Position numbers and translations under genes: made by a program. The notes beneath the pieces are model-generated. The model searched no databases. It was not told the origin of the DNA and saw only the letters and a list, made by a program, of their open reading frames with translations. Positions 62,915-64,000 of a stretch of 64,000 nt of DNA are shown one piece after another (the stretch's first letter is position 1; the number at the start of each line of letters is the position of its first letter). This stretch comes from Antedon mediterranea (taxonomy: Eukaryota > Animalia > Echinodermata). The stretch covers positions 186,001-250,000 of the forward strand of contig NW_027306095.1 of assembly GCF_964355755.1 (NCBI RefSeq). Direction: 5' to 3'.

Positions 62915-63852
62915 ATAAAACTTTTCACACAAAACATCAAAGTGCACAAAATAGCTTCAAATCGCATTTGGAGACGTTTTAGACCATGTTGTGCATTTCG
63001 AAAAAACTTGATTACACAAAAATATCAAAGTGCTTAAAATCACATTTGAAACCGTTTTAGACAATTTTGAGCATTTCGAAAAAACTTTTCACACAAAACA
63101 TTAAAGTGCACAAAATAGCAAACTTTTTACACAAAACATCAAAGTGCACAAAAGAGCTCCAAATCGCATTGGGAGACGTTTTAGAACATTTTGTGCATTT
63201 CGATGAAACTTTTCACACAAAAACATCAAAGTGCACAAAATTGCTTCAAATCGCATTTGGAGACGTTTTAGACCATTTTGAGCAATTCGATGAAACTTTT
63301 CACACAAAAACGACAAAGTGCACAAAATAGCTTCAAATCGCATTTAGAGACGTTTTAGACAATTTTGTGCCTTTCGATGAAACTTTTCACACAAAACATC
63401 AAAGTGCACAAAATAGCTTCAAATCGCATTTGGAGACGTTTTAGACCATGTTGTGCATTTCGAAAAAACTTGATTACACAAAAATATCAAAGTGCTTAAA
63501 ATCACATTTGAAACCGTTTTAGACAATTTTGAGCATTTCGAAAAAACTTTTCACACAAAACATTAAAGTGCACAAAATAGCAAACTTTTTACACAAAACA
63601 TCAAAGTGCACAAAAGAGCTCCAAATCGCATTGGGAGACGTTTTAGAACATTTTGTGCATTTCGATGAAACTTTTCACACAAAAACATCAAAGTGCACAA
63701 AATTGCTTCAAATCGCATTTGGAGACGTTTTAGACCATTTTGAGCAATTCGATGAAACTTTTCACACAAAAACGACAAAGTGCACAAAATAGCTTCAAAT
63801 CGCATTTAGAGACGTTTTAGACAATTTTGTGCCTTTCGATGAAACTTTTCAC
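62915..63852 (-). repeat. Tandem duplication with 462-bp period (6 monomers, including the 38-bp one)
   Basis: ORF pairs 63067/63529 and 63101/63563. AGACCATG at 62981/63443 and GCCTTTCG at 63369/63831. Confidence 0.88.
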
Positions 63853-64000
63853 AAAAAAACATCAAAGTGCACAAAATAGCTTCAAATCGCATTTGCAGAC
63901 GTTTTAGACCATTTTGTGCATTTCGATGAAACTTTTCACACAAAAACATCAAAGTGCACAAAATTGCTTCAAATCGCATTTAGAGACGTTTTAGACCATT

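Larger units (their letters stand above)
59421..64000 (-). repeat. 87-bp satellite, inverted block 2 (at least 4.6 kb, runs off the window)
   Basis: Reverse-complement monomers continue to the end of the window. Confidence 0.97.

Noticed and set aside
240-63805. Dozens of ORFs with a 29-aa repeat (MRFEAILCTLMFLCEKFHRNAQNGLKRLQ)
   Set aside because: They are a by-product of the 87-bp period. Common variants create stops (CTCTAA) and frameshifts (76/88/89/38-bp monomers), and there are no unique coding flanks.
1-64000. CRISPR array (regular repeats with dyad symmetry)
   Set aside because: There are no unique spacers, the whole unit is repeated, and no cas genes or leader are present.

Overview
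The whole 64 kb window is one AT-rich (~34% GC) tandem satellite array of roughly 750 monomers, typical of eukaryotic centromeric or pericentromeric heterochromatin. The species and any centromere function cannot be determined from sequence alone. The 87-bp consensus monomer is GCACTTTGATGTTTTTGTGTGAAAAGTTTCATCGAAATGCACAAAATGGTCTAAAACGTCTCCAAATGCGATTTGAAGCTATTTTGT, with recurrent length variants of 76, 88, 89 and 38 bp. I find no credible genes, RNA genes, transposons or CRISPR arrays, and no novel gene system. All listed ORFs arise because 87 bp equals 29 codons. The interest is architectural: (1) three orientation switches, two of which are the same 20-bp spacerless palindromic junction copied 16,677 bp apart; (2) nested higher-order repeats and duplications with periods of 435, 462, 627, 1275, 3670, 7500/7751 and ~11,018 bp; (3) a duplicated island of more diverged monomers; (4) a built-in 18-18-18 bp dyad and ~10-bp A/T-tract phasing in each monomer. 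All comparisons were made by eye, so boundaries are approximate.
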